A DNA stretch of 64,000 nt. It comes from an uncultured Candidatus Saccharibacteria bacterium. Lineage in GTDB: Bacteria; Patescibacteriota; UBA1384; CAYJQE01. The stretch's first letter is position 1. The number at the start of each line of letters is the position of its first letter. Under the pieces are notes generated by a model. That model did not search any database. It was given only the letters and a program-made list of their open reading frames with translations, and had not been told where the DNA came from. A program made the position numbers and the translations under genes. The stretch is taken from contig CAYJQE010000001.1 of NCBI GenBank assembly GCA_964372245.1, positions 11,745 to 75,744 on the forward strand, in the 5' to 3' direction. Shown in pieces: positions 54,089-63,499 of the stretch.

Positions 54089-56236
54089 GTGAGAGGCTAT
54101 CTTGATTTCAAACCGATCAGGCGACTTGATAAGGGCGAGCCGCTGCCTTTTGTCGTGACTCCAGTTCGGCCGGTTGAGGAAAAAAAACGGTTTGAAGTTG
54201 ATCAGCTCTCGGCTCTCGGTCGTCGGTCCAAACCGGTTGCCAAAAAGAGCCAATCGGCAATCTTCGTCCTTGGCCCGTTCATTAGTCGGCTGATCTTGGC
54301 GATGGCGATTGTCGGAGTCTCGGGCTATATTTTTGGTCTCAAGGGTGAAGCGGTCGTCTCAAAAGTTCAGCTCAAAACGGCCGACGCCATCGAGACCGCG
54401 CTCTCGGCCAAAGATTCGCTTCTAAAGGGTTTTGATCAACTTCAGGCCCTAAGGCCTGATCTGGCCGAACCTTATTTTCGAGAGAGCCTTGAAGCCTCGA
54501 GCCGGTTAGACAAACTTCTCCTTCACGAAGGCCAGAGGCAAGATTTTCTGACCCTTTTGTCGGTTCGCGGCTCGGCCGTTCTCTCGGCCGAGGAGTTTGT
54601 CGAGTTGGCCGAACGATCGGCTAAGCTTGGTCAGCAGACGGCCGAGGTCCTCAAAAAACTGGCCTCGGTCTCGAAAACCCCGATCAAAAAAGATCCGGCC
54701 GATCAGTTCGGGCCGATTAACGAACGACTCGGCCTCCTGACTTTAGAGTTGAGACCGTTGGCCGCCGAGCTTGGCGCTTTGAGACGGGAACTTTTTGAGC
54801 TTGAACGACTGACCGATTCGCTCGCTCGAAAATTCCCCGAGGATCGCGAACTGGCCGATCTCAAAAAGAAGATATTGGCGGCGAAAAAACTCTCCGGCCA
54901 AGTTTCGGACGGTCTGGTCGCTCTGCCCAAAAGCCTCGGTTTCTTCGGCCGGAAAAAGTTTCTCGTGATGTTTCAAAATAATGCCGAGCTTCGACCTTCG
55001 GGCGGTTTTTTGGGCAGCTTTGGCCTAATTGAGCTTGAAAAGGGGAAAGTCAAGAATCTTAAGGTCGAAAAGAATATCTACACTCTTGACAAGGCCTTTG
55101 CTCGTCGGGAGCGGATCGAGCCGCCCTGGCAGCTGAAAAAGAGCTTAAAAATCGGCCGCTTGACATTGAGAGACAGCAACTTTGACATCAACTTTCCCGA
55201 CGCGGCCAAACGGGTGATCTGGTTTTATGAGCGAGAATCGGGTGAGGCGGTTGACGGTTTGATCGCGATTGACACTACGACAATCACCGAATTGATCAAA
55301 TTAACCCGGCCGATTGAGCTTCCGGACTACCAAACGGTTATTACGGACGAGAACTTTGTAACCGAGTTGGCTTACAAAATCGAACGAGAGTATTTCTTCA
55401 AAGAAGAAAACAAGGTTATCAATCAGCCGAAAACGATTCTTGAAGATATGCTGCCGGCGGTTATCGAGCGACTGACCGAGCTCGAGACTAAAGACGCCGA
55501 TGGCTTCAAGAAATTTCTGACCGAACAGGTGAGGACAAAACATATCTTGGCTTATCATCCCGATCAAGCGATTTTTAATCTTCTCGACCTCTTTCAGCTC
55601 TCCGGTCGGTTGAGAGGCGAAGACCAGCCAACTCGAGCGGGAGAGGCCGACTATCTCTATCTCTCAAACGCCAACCTAAACGGTAAAAAATCGAGTCTCA
55701 ACATCGATCAGTCAATCAGCCTTATGGCGACCGTTGACCCTTCCGGTCGGATTAAAAACTCTCTTTCGATTCGGCGAAGGCATTTAGGAACCGGTCAATG
55801 GCCGGACGGCACGAATAACAACTATCTTCGGGTCGCCTCTCCCCTTGGTTCAAAGCTGATCTCCTCCAGTCTTCAAGGCGAACGTTACGATCGGGCGATA
55901 GAGACGACCGAGGAGGCCGGAATGACGATCTTTGGCGGTTTTGTCAACACTCCGCCCGGCCAAGAACTGGAGCTGAAAATTGACTACCTTTTGCCCGAAA
56001 GATTCAATCTTTTAAGGCGAGGGACGGCGGTTGAAAGGCTAAAGGACCGGGTTTTTTCGACCGCCGAACAAGGAAGGAAAAGCTATCAAATTTTGGTCGA
56101 TCAACAACCCGGCAGTCGGCCGTCGGATCTGGCAATCAGTTTCGTTTTGCCCGAGGGCTGGTCAATCGAGCCGAAAAGTTTGACGGCGAAGCTCGATTCC
56201 GATCAAATCTTCGATTTTCAAATCGCGGTCCCTTAA
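54089..56236 (+). CDS. DUF4012-domain protein (large membrane-anchored protein associated with polysaccharide loci)
   Basis: DUF4012 signature FLVMFQNNAELRPSGGFLGSFGLIE. N-terminal TM (IFVLGPFISRLILAMAIVGVSGYIF). 715 aa. Confidence 0.7.
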   Translation: MRGYLDFKPIRRLDKGEPLPFVVTPVRPVEEKKRFEVDQLSALGRRSKPVAKKSQSAIFVLGPFISRLILAMAIVGVSGYIFGLKGEAVVSKVQLKTADAIETALSAKDSLLKGFDQLQALRPDLAEPYFRESLEASSRLDKLLLHEGQRQDFLTLLSVRGSAVLSAEEFVELAERSAKLGQQTAEVLKKLASVSKTPIKKDPADQFGPINERLGLLTLELRPLAAELGALRRELFELERLTDSLARKFPEDRELADLKKKILAAKKLSGQVSDGLVALPKSLGFFGRKKFLVMFQNNAELRPSGGFLGSFGLIELEKGKVKNLKVEKNIYTLDKAFARRERIEPPWQLKKSLKIGRLTLRDSNFDINFPDAAKRVIWFYERESGEAVDGLIAIDTTTITELIKLTRPIELPDYQTVITDENFVTELAYKIEREYFFKEENKVINQPKTILEDMLPAVIERLTELETKDADGFKKFLTEQVRTKHILAYHPDQAIFNLLDLFQLSGRLRGEDQPTRAGEADYLYLSNANLNGKKSSLNIDQSISLMATVDPSGRIKNSLSIRRRHLGTGQWPDGTNNNYLRVASPLGSKLISSSLQGERYDRAIETTEEAGMTIFGGFVNTPPGQELELKIDYLLPERFNLLRRGTAVERLKDRVFSTAEQGRKSYQILVDQQPGSRPSDLAISFVLPEGWSIEPKSLTAKLDSDQIFDFQIAVP

Positions 56237-56518
56237 ATTTCTAATCCGATCTTCGGTTCAGGGAAGGAAATTGTCGGTCGTCGGGTTTTGGCGGAGATTT
56301 GGCAGAGGGATTGCTCCCGAAAGTCTTAAAGGCCCGTTGGGCTTTTAAGTCGAGAGTTTGGGTTAAGACTCGGGGAGAACGAGACTGGCCTTCGGCTGAT
56401 CTGCCGAGCGCTTTTCGCTTCCTGTCGTCGGTCGAACCTCGACGGAAAAAAACCGGCGTCCGGGACTGGCTTCGGATTTTTGCTCGAGCTCTCAAAGTTG
56501 GCTAGACTAGAGAATCAG

Positions 56519-58582
56519 ATGACAGAAGAGAAAAAACCAAAGCCGACTCGCTCTTCCTCCGACTACTCGGCCAAAAACATCTCGGTTCTCGAGGGCCTTG
56601 ATCCGGTCCGAAAGAGACCTGGGATGTACATCGGCGGCGTCGGCGCTGATGGTCTTCATCATCTTATTCGCGAGGTGGTTGACAACGCGATAGACGAGGC
56701 TTTGGCTGGCGAAGCTAAAACGATCAGTCTGATTTTGGGGGACGACGATCTGGTCGAGGTTGAGGACGATGGTCGGGGTATTCCGGTTGATCTCCATCCT
56801 CAAACGAAAAAGAGCGCTCTTGAGACGGTTATGACCACTCTTCACGCCGGCGGGAAGTTTGGCGGCGGCGGTTATAAGGTCTCGGGCGGTCTGCATGGCG
56901 TCGGCGTCTCGGCCGTTAACGCCCTTTCCGAGTGGACGAGGGCTGAAGTCTATCGCGATGGTAAAATTTATGCCCAGGACTATCGTCGAGGAAAGCCGGA
57001 AGAAGTGGTCAAGGTGGTCGGCAAAACCGAGAAGCGAGGGACAAAAATCGCCTTTAGACCAGATCAAAAAATTTTTAAGACGATCGAGTGGGAGAGTCGA
57101 AGGATCCTTCAATACCTTCGCCAGCAGGCCTATTTGACACAGGGGGTCAGGATTTTTTATCGCGACCTTCGTTCCAATCGTCCGACCGAGTCGCCGGCCG
57201 ACTACGGTTTCTACTTCGAAAGTGGGATTAGCTCCTATGTCTCTCATCTCAATCGGGCCAGAGTCAAACTTAACTCCCCGCCTTTTATGGTCAGTCAAGA
57301 AATCGAGTCTGAAGGCGAGAAGTATCTGGTCGAAGTCTCGATTCAGTACACCGAGGATTTCGTAGAGCGCGTTTTCGCTTTTGCCAACAATATTCACACC
57401 GTTGAGGGCGGAACTCACCTGACCGGCTTTCGGACGGCTCTAACTCGAGTCCTCAATGATTACGCCAAGAAAAACAAGCTCATAAAGGAAAGCGACAGTC
57501 TTTCCGGCGATGATGTTCGCGAGGGACTGACGGCCGTCATCTCATTAAAGCTCTCGAATCCTCAATTTGAGGGCCAGACCAAGTCAAAGCTCGGTAATCC
57601 CGAGGCCCAGTCGGTGGTCAACTCTGTTCTGGCCAAACATCTCGGTTACTACCTTGATGAAAACCCCTCGATCGCCAAGCGGATCATGGAAAAGGCCGCC
57701 CTCTCCCTTAAGGCTCGGCTGGCGGCCAAGGCGGCGAGAGACACGGTTTTAAGGAAGGGCGCTCTCGACGGCATGACTTTGCCGGGCAAGCTGGCCGACT
57801 GCTCCGATCGCCGGCCGAGCAGATGCGAGCTCTATATCGTCGAGGGAGATTCGGCCGGCGGTTCGTCAAAACAGGCTCGGGACCGGAGTTTCCAGGCGGT
57901 CCTGTCGCTTCGAGGGAAAATCTTAAATGTCGAGCGAGCGCGGCTTGATCGGATGCTGACTTCGGACGAAATCAAAGCCTTGATTGTCGCTTTGGGCATT
58001 GGCATCGGCGATCAAATTAACTACGATAAGCTTCGTTACCATCGGATCATTATCATGGCCGACGCCGACGTTGACGGAGCCCACATCCGGACCCTTCTTC
58101 TGACCTTTTTCTACCGAAATTTCCCGGAATTGATCAGTCGCGGTCATCTCTACATTGCCCAGCCGCCGCTTTTCTTGATTGAAAAAGGCCGCCGGAAAAT
58201 TTACGCCTACAACGAAGCTGAAAAAGAGCGGATTCTTGCCGGCTTGGCGAAAGAGCGGTCAGGCGAAAAGATTGAGCCGGCCGCGCAAGGATCGGAAAAA
58301 TCACCCGAGGACCAGGGAGCGGCCGAGACGGAAACCACCGTTCCTTTCGAGCTCGGAATCAAGGGCGTGAGCGTGCAGCGCTACAAAGGTCTGGGCGAGA
58401 TGAATCCCTCGCAGCTTTGGGAGACGACTCTTAATCCCGAGAACCGAGTGCTCCTCAAGGTTTCGGTTGACGACGCCGAACAGACTGACGAGCTTTTCTC
58501 AATGCTGATGGGCGACGAGGTCCCGCCTCGGAAAAGGTTCATCCAGACTCACGCCAGGACCGTCAAAAACCTCGATGTTTGA
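56519..58582 (+). CDS. gyrB: DNA gyrase subunit B
   Basis: GHKL ATPase (LHHLIREVVDNAIDEALAG), TOPRIM (YIVEGDSAGGS) and GyrB C-terminal motifs. ATG at 56519 (MTEEKK...) rather than the upstream TTG. Confidence 0.95.
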   Translation: MTEEKKPKPTRSSSDYSAKNISVLEGLDPVRKRPGMYIGGVGADGLHHLIREVVDNAIDEALAGEAKTISLILGDDDLVEVEDDGRGIPVDLHPQTKKSALETVMTTLHAGGKFGGGGYKVSGGLHGVGVSAVNALSEWTRAEVYRDGKIYAQDYRRGKPEEVVKVVGKTEKRGTKIAFRPDQKIFKTIEWESRRILQYLRQQAYLTQGVRIFYRDLRSNRPTESPADYGFYFESGISSYVSHLNRARVKLNSPPFMVSQEIESEGEKYLVEVSIQYTEDFVERVFAFANNIHTVEGGTHLTGFRTALTRVLNDYAKKNKLIKESDSLSGDDVREGLTAVISLKLSNPQFEGQTKSKLGNPEAQSVVNSVLAKHLGYYLDENPSIAKRIMEKAALSLKARLAAKAARDTVLRKGALDGMTLPGKLADCSDRRPSRCELYIVEGDSAGGSSKQARDRSFQAVLSLRGKILNVERARLDRMLTSDEIKALIVALGIGIGDQINYDKLRYHRIIIMADADVDGAHIRTLLLTFFYRNFPELISRGHLYIAQPPLFLIEKGRRKIYAYNEAEKERILAGLAKERSGEKIEPAAQGSEKSPEDQGAAETETTVPFELGIKGVSVQRYKGLGEMNPSQLWETTLNPENRVLLKVSVDDAEQTDELFSMLMGDEVPPRKRFIQTHARTVKNLDV

Positions 58583-58642
58583 TCATCGGCAAGCGAACGA
58601 GGTGATAAAAAGACCAAAATCTTTGATAAAGGTTGTATAATT

Positions 58643-58933
58643 TTGATTATGATCGAGGAAAAGGGAAGAGAGTCTCTGACCGAAAGGGAAGAAGAGCTAG
58701 CCAAGAGGCTCCTCCGGCAGCTTTTCAGTGAGCGTCAGGCCCCTTGGCAGAAGAGGATTCTTCATTTGAGAGTTGTCGGCCCGCTTTTGGTTGGTCTGGG
58801 CGTTGTCGCGACCTTTTATGGCTTTGAAAAAATTCTTGACTCTACGAGTCTGGTCAATCATCCCTGGCTGATGCTGGCTTTTGGCAGCCTGATTTTGATT
58901 TTGACCGGCGCTTTCTATAACATCGTGAAATAA
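58643..58933 (+). CDS. Small membrane protein inserted between gyrB and gyrA
   Basis: 96 aa. Charged N-terminal helix followed by two hydrophobic helices (VVGPLLVGLGVVATFYGF, WLMLAFGSLILILTGAFY). Confidence 0.45.
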   Translation: MIMIEEKGRESLTEREEELAKRLLRQLFSERQAPWQKRILHLRVVGPLLVGLGVVATFYGFEKILDSTSLVNHPWLMLAFGSLILILTGAFYNIVK

Positions 58934-59192
58934 AAAGGCTCCCAAATGGTCTCTCAACTTTCAAGCCTGGTCTCTTTGGTTGTTTGCTCTTAAAGCCAGG
59001 TACCTCATTTAGCCGCTCGGTGTTTTGAGTCGGGTCTTGGATTTCAAAAGGTCGGCTATCGGTTGGCGATTGCTCGGCGACCTTTCCGCCAGTTGGTTGC
59101 CGATGCCCGTTCCGGCATTTGCCAAAACCGCGAAAGAGGCGGTAGAATAAGGTCTGGCGGTCCTGTTTAAGGCTTTTTAAAAATATTTTTTT

Positions 59193-62027
59193 ATGGCCGA
59201 TCAAGAAGAATTAGACGAAGCGGCGAAGGCGCCGGCCGAGTCTTCTCGCCAGACGGAGAAGACCGAGTTTGGTTTGATTGCCAGACGCTCAATCGAGCTC
59301 GAGATGCAGGAAAGTTATCTCGACTACGCGATGTCGGTCATTGTCTCTCGAGCGCTCCCCGATGTTCGCGATGGTCTGAAGCCGGTCCACCGTCGGATCC
59401 TTTTTGCCATGGACCGAATGGGCATGCGTCATAGCGCCCGATTTCGAAAATCGGCTGCCGTGGTCGGTGAAGTCTTGGCCAAGTATCATCCCCACGGCGA
59501 CGCGGCCGTTTATGACAGTCTGACGAGAATGGCCCAAGATTTTTCGATGCGGATGGTCCTGGTTGATGGTCAAGGCAACTTTGGCTCGATGGACGGCGAC
59601 CAGCCGGCGGCAATGCGTTATACCGAATCGAGAATGACCGCTCTGGCCGAGGAGATGCTTGCCGATATAGAGAAAGAGACGGTTAATTTTCAACCCAATT
59701 ATGACGGCACCCAGACTGAACCGAAAGTTCTGCCTTCAAAGATTCCTCAACTGCTTCTAAACGGCTCGGTTGGAATTGCCGTTGGTATGGCGACCTCGAT
59801 TCCGCCTCACAACCTGTCAGAGCTCTTGGATGGCCTAATCGCCTTGATTGAGAATCCGGCTCTTAAAATCGAAGGCCTTCTCGAGTTCATCCAGGGGCCG
59901 GATTTTCCGACCGGTGGCAACATTTATGATCTCGAGGAGATAAAAATGGCTTATACCACTGGTCGAGGCAAGGTTTTGATTCGTGGTCAGGCCGAGATTG
60001 TCGAGCGGAAAACGGGTGGTTTTCAAATTCTTGTGACCGAGATTCCTTATCAGGTCAATAAGGCGACTCTGGTCGTTCGAATTGCCGATTTGGTGAGAGA
60101 TAAAAAAATTGAAGGCATCAGCGATCTCCGCGATGAATCGGATCGAGACGGCGTCCGAGTCGTGATAGAACTTTCGAAAACCGCCTACCCTCAAAAAGTT
60201 CTTAACCGTCTTTACGAGCTGACACAGCTTCAGACAGTTTTTTATGTCAATTCTCTGGCTTTGACTAAAGACCTTCAGCCGAGGGTTATGAACTTAAAGG
60301 AGATGCTTGAGCATTTTATCGAGCATCGAAAGGAGGTTGTTCGTCGGCGGACGAAGTTCGATCTCGCTCGCTCGAGAGAAAGAGCTCACATTTTGGAGGG
60401 TTTGATCATCGCTCTCAATGCGATCGATGCCGTGATTAAGACAATAAAAGAAGCGGTCTCTCGAGATGAGGCCGGGAAGAAATTGGTCAAAGGGTTTAAG
60501 TTGACGGCCGGGCAGGCGACGGCGATTCTCGATATGCGTCTCGCTCAACTCGCGGCTCTGGAGCGAAAAAAGATCGAGGACGAATATCAAGAAATCCAAA
60601 AGATGATCCGATATCTTGAAGAACTGTTGGCTTCAGAACCAAAAGTGATGAGACTGATTAAAGATGAACTTCTTGAGATCAAGGAAAAATATTCCGATCC
60701 GAGAAAAACTCGAGTTCATCGCCAAGGGCTCAAGGATTTTTCGGCCAAAGATTTGATTCCCGACGAACCGACGGTCCTGATGCTGACTCACGGCAACTAT
60801 ATCAAGCGGATGCCGATTGATACTTATCAGGCTCAAAAACGCGGCGGCAAGGGGATTATTGGCATGACTACGAAGGAGGACGATCAGGTCGAGCATGTTC
60901 AGGTGACAACGACCCATGACGACGCCTTATTTTTCACCAATCTTGGCCGGGTTTTCAAAACCAAAGTTTATGAAATCCCGGTCGCGTCTCGTCAGGCCAA
61001 AGGTCAGGCTTTGGTTAACATTGTTCAACTGGCGCCGACCGAAAAGGTGACGAGCATTGTCTGTCTGACCGAAAAAAAATTAAACTCCGAGAGCTTTCTC
61101 TTTATGGCGACCGAGTTTGGCCAAGTCAAGAAGACTGCCGTTTCGGCGTACGCCAACGTTCGGAAAACCGGCATTATTGGTTTGAGACTTAAGGACGGCG
61201 ACCGGCTTTTGTGGGCCAAGTTGACTTCGGGTAAAGATCGGATCTTTTGCGTCAGCGCGGCCGGTCAGGCGATCCTGTTCAAAGAAAAAGACACTCGCCG
61301 GATGGGACGGGGTGCCAGCGGTGTCAGAGGAATGCGACTCCGGTCAGGCGACCGGCTTGTTTCGATGGCCGTCCTGTCCGAGGAAAATTCCGAAGCCGAT
61401 CTTTTGGTTGTTTCAGAGAGAGGCTTTGGCAAACGGACCCGGGTCAGTTTATTCAAGGACCAGAGTCGAGGCGGGATTGGCACCCGGGCGATGAAGATCA
61501 CCGAAAAGACCGGCCAGTTCGCCTTTGCCTCGGTTGTTAGCGATGATCGGGCCGACCTGATCATTATCTCGAAAGCCGGTCAGACGATCAGGTTTGCTCT
61601 AAAGTCGGTTAAGCGGCTTGGTCGAGACGCCCAGGGCGTGACCTTGATGAGGCTTAAAGGGAGCGACCTTGTCGCTTCGGTGACGGTGGTTTTGCCCGAG
61701 GAACCGGCGGGAGATAATTCTGGCGACAGGACCGAACCGCCGGCTGGACCACTGGCCGATAAGAAAAAAGAGCCGTTTGTTGATTCTCGCCTGAAAAAAA
61801 CTGACCGGAGGGCTAAGATAGGGAATCGGCCGATTTCAAAAAAGCCTTCTGATTCGGGGAAAGCGACTTCAAAAGGGGCGAAAAATAATCATCGGTCAGC
61901 AGACGAAATTTTTCAGACCCGACCGATAAAGTCTAATTCGAGAAGAGGAAAAAGCGATAAGCAAAAAAATCTTGGCGATCGGTCTGATGTTAACTGGTGG
62001 GGGGCGACGAAAAAGAGGATCGTTTGA
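59193..62027 (+). CDS. gyrA: DNA gyrase subunit A with a Lys-rich C-terminal tail
   Basis: Catalytic Tyr region (VSRALPDVRDGLKPVHRRILFAM...AKYHPHGD), GyrA beta-pinwheel repeats and ~100 aa of basic low-complexity tail. 944 aa. Confidence 0.95.
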   Translation: MADQEELDEAAKAPAESSRQTEKTEFGLIARRSIELEMQESYLDYAMSVIVSRALPDVRDGLKPVHRRILFAMDRMGMRHSARFRKSAAVVGEVLAKYHPHGDAAVYDSLTRMAQDFSMRMVLVDGQGNFGSMDGDQPAAMRYTESRMTALAEEMLADIEKETVNFQPNYDGTQTEPKVLPSKIPQLLLNGSVGIAVGMATSIPPHNLSELLDGLIALIENPALKIEGLLEFIQGPDFPTGGNIYDLEEIKMAYTTGRGKVLIRGQAEIVERKTGGFQILVTEIPYQVNKATLVVRIADLVRDKKIEGISDLRDESDRDGVRVVIELSKTAYPQKVLNRLYELTQLQTVFYVNSLALTKDLQPRVMNLKEMLEHFIEHRKEVVRRRTKFDLARSRERAHILEGLIIALNAIDAVIKTIKEAVSRDEAGKKLVKGFKLTAGQATAILDMRLAQLAALERKKIEDEYQEIQKMIRYLEELLASEPKVMRLIKDELLEIKEKYSDPRKTRVHRQGLKDFSAKDLIPDEPTVLMLTHGNYIKRMPIDTYQAQKRGGKGIIGMTTKEDDQVEHVQVTTTHDDALFFTNLGRVFKTKVYEIPVASRQAKGQALVNIVQLAPTEKVTSIVCLTEKKLNSESFLFMATEFGQVKKTAVSAYANVRKTGIIGLRLKDGDRLLWAKLTSGKDRIFCVSAAGQAILFKEKDTRRMGRGASGVRGMRLRSGDRLVSMAVLSEENSEADLLVVSERGFGKRTRVSLFKDQSRGGIGTRAMKITEKTGQFAFASVVSDDRADLIIISKAGQTIRFALKSVKRLGRDAQGVTLMRLKGSDLVASVTVVLPEEPAGDNSGDRTEPPAGPLADKKKEPFVDSRLKKTDRRAKIGNRPISKKPSDSGKATSKGAKNNHRSADEIFQTRPIKSNSRRGKSDKQKNLGDRSDVNWWGATKKRIV

Positions 62028-62080
62028 GATTGTGAGCCGATTCACAGCCCAGTCAGCCTTTTAGCGTTATCCGGTTTTAG

Positions 62081-62611
62081 GTGTCAAAGATTATCGTCAT
62101 TCAAGCCAGCCTCAACCGAGGCTCGAGGACCGCGATTGTCGCCAAGGAGGCAGAAGCTCTTCTTCTAGAAAAAGCCGTTCAGACCGAAACGATTGATCTG
62201 CGGGAGTTAAAACTTGAGTTTGCCGACGGCCGAAGGATTGAGGACTATGGTCGAGACCTGAAAACTGTCTACCGAAAGCTTGCCGTCGCCAAGGGCTTTG
62301 TGTTGGCCTTTCCGGTTTATAGTTTTTCTCATTCCGGCGTTGTCAAGAACTTCATTGACATTGTTTGCGGGGCGATGCAAGGCAAATTTATCGGCCTGAT
62401 TGAAAACTCCGGCGGTCGTCTTTCCTATCTGGCGGCCGCCGAAATGATGAAGCTTTTGGCCTTTGATTTCGACATCACGACCGTTCAGCCAGTAGTATAT
62501 ACTAGTTCTATGAGCTTTGATAATGGCAAACTGGTCGACCAGAAGGCGTTCGAAAAACTCGACAAAATGACCGACCGGTTGCTAGAATTTGTCGAGAAGC
62601 TCTCTAATTAA
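62081..62611 (+). CDS. NAD(P)H-dependent FMN reductase / flavodoxin-like-fold oxidoreductase
   Basis: GTG start. FMN_red-like MSKIIVIQASLNRGSRT...FVLAFPVYSFSHSGVVKNFIDIV. Contains an exact copy of the TAGTATATACTA palindrome at 62493-62504. Confidence 0.7.
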   Translation: MSKIIVIQASLNRGSRTAIVAKEAEALLLEKAVQTETIDLRELKLEFADGRRIEDYGRDLKTVYRKLAVAKGFVLAFPVYSFSHSGVVKNFIDIVCGAMQGKFIGLIENSGGRLSYLAAAEMMKLLAFDFDITTVQPVVYTSSMSFDNGKLVDQKAFEKLDKMTDRLLEFVEKLSN

Positions 62612-62620
62612 GGAGGAAAA

Positions 62621-63226
62621 ATGGTCTTTAGCCTACCCGAGTTGCCCTATGCTTTTGACAGTCTGGAGCCTTTTATTGACGCTCAAACGATGGAGATCCA
62701 CCATGGCAAACATCATCAGGCCTATGTTGACAATCTGAACAAGGCCATCGAGGGCCATCCCGAGCTGGCTTCAAGGACGATTGAGGACCTGCTTTCCGAC
62801 CTTGACTCCTTGCCGGACGAGATCAAGGCGGCGGTTCAAAATAACGGCGGCGGCCATTTTAACCACTCATTTTTTTGGCCCCTGATGAAAAAAAATGGCG
62901 GCGGCGAGCCGAAAGGAGAACTGGCCGAGACGATAGCTAAGAGTTTCGGGAGCCTAAAGGAGTTTCAGGCGAAGTTTAACGATGCCGGGCTTAAACGTTT
63001 TGGTTCTGGTTGGGCCTGGCTTTCTGTGACCGGTTCTGGCCAGCTTGAAGTCGTCTCGACCGCCAACCAAGAGAGCCCAGTCTCAAAAGGCCTGAAACCG
63101 CTCCTTGGCCTTGATGTTTGGGAACACGCCTATTATCTGAAGTATCAGAATCGTCGGGCCGACTATATCGCGGCTTGGTGGCATATCGTTAACTGGGATC
63201 AGGTCGAGGAAAACTTTGGGAACTAA
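62621..63226 (+). CDS. sodA: Fe/Mn superoxide dismutase
   Basis: Metal ligands and signature ([23 protein letters not shown]). Strong SD AGGAGG. Confidence 0.9.
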   Translation: MVFSLPELPYAFDSLEPFIDAQTMEIHHGKHHQAYVDNLNKAIEGHPELASRTIEDLLSDLDSLPDEIKAAVQNNGGGHFNHSFFWPLMKKNGGGEPKGELAETIAKSFGSLKEFQAKFNDAGLKRFGSGWAWLSVTGSGQLEVVSTANQESPVSKGLKPLLGLDVWEHAYYLKYQNRRADYIAAWWHIVNWDQVEENFGN

Positions 63227-63298
63227 TCCTCGCCAAAGGGCGGAGATTCGATCTTCGCAAAATCTAAAAATCGCCGGAGTTTTTTCTGGTTGGAATCT

Positions 63299-63317
63299 CA
63301 AACCGACCGGTTTTTTT
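63299..63317 (+). terminator. Weak candidate intrinsic terminator after sodA
   Basis: AAACC-GACC-GGTTT stem-loop followed by TTTT (caaaccgaccggttttttt). The stem is only 5 bp and AT-rich. Confidence 0.3.
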
Positions 63318-63499
63318 ATCTTCAGAAATCTCGGTCCTTAAACGCCCTGTCGTTTTTCTCGGTCGGAGGACGGAGGGACGGGTCAATTCGAGCTTTCAAA
63401 GGGCGGGGAAAAAACGCGAGATGCCAGCGGCGGCGCTTGGCAGTCTGGCAAGGGCCGTTTCTCAATCGGGTTTTAGAGTCTGTTTGAGCTATACTTTAA

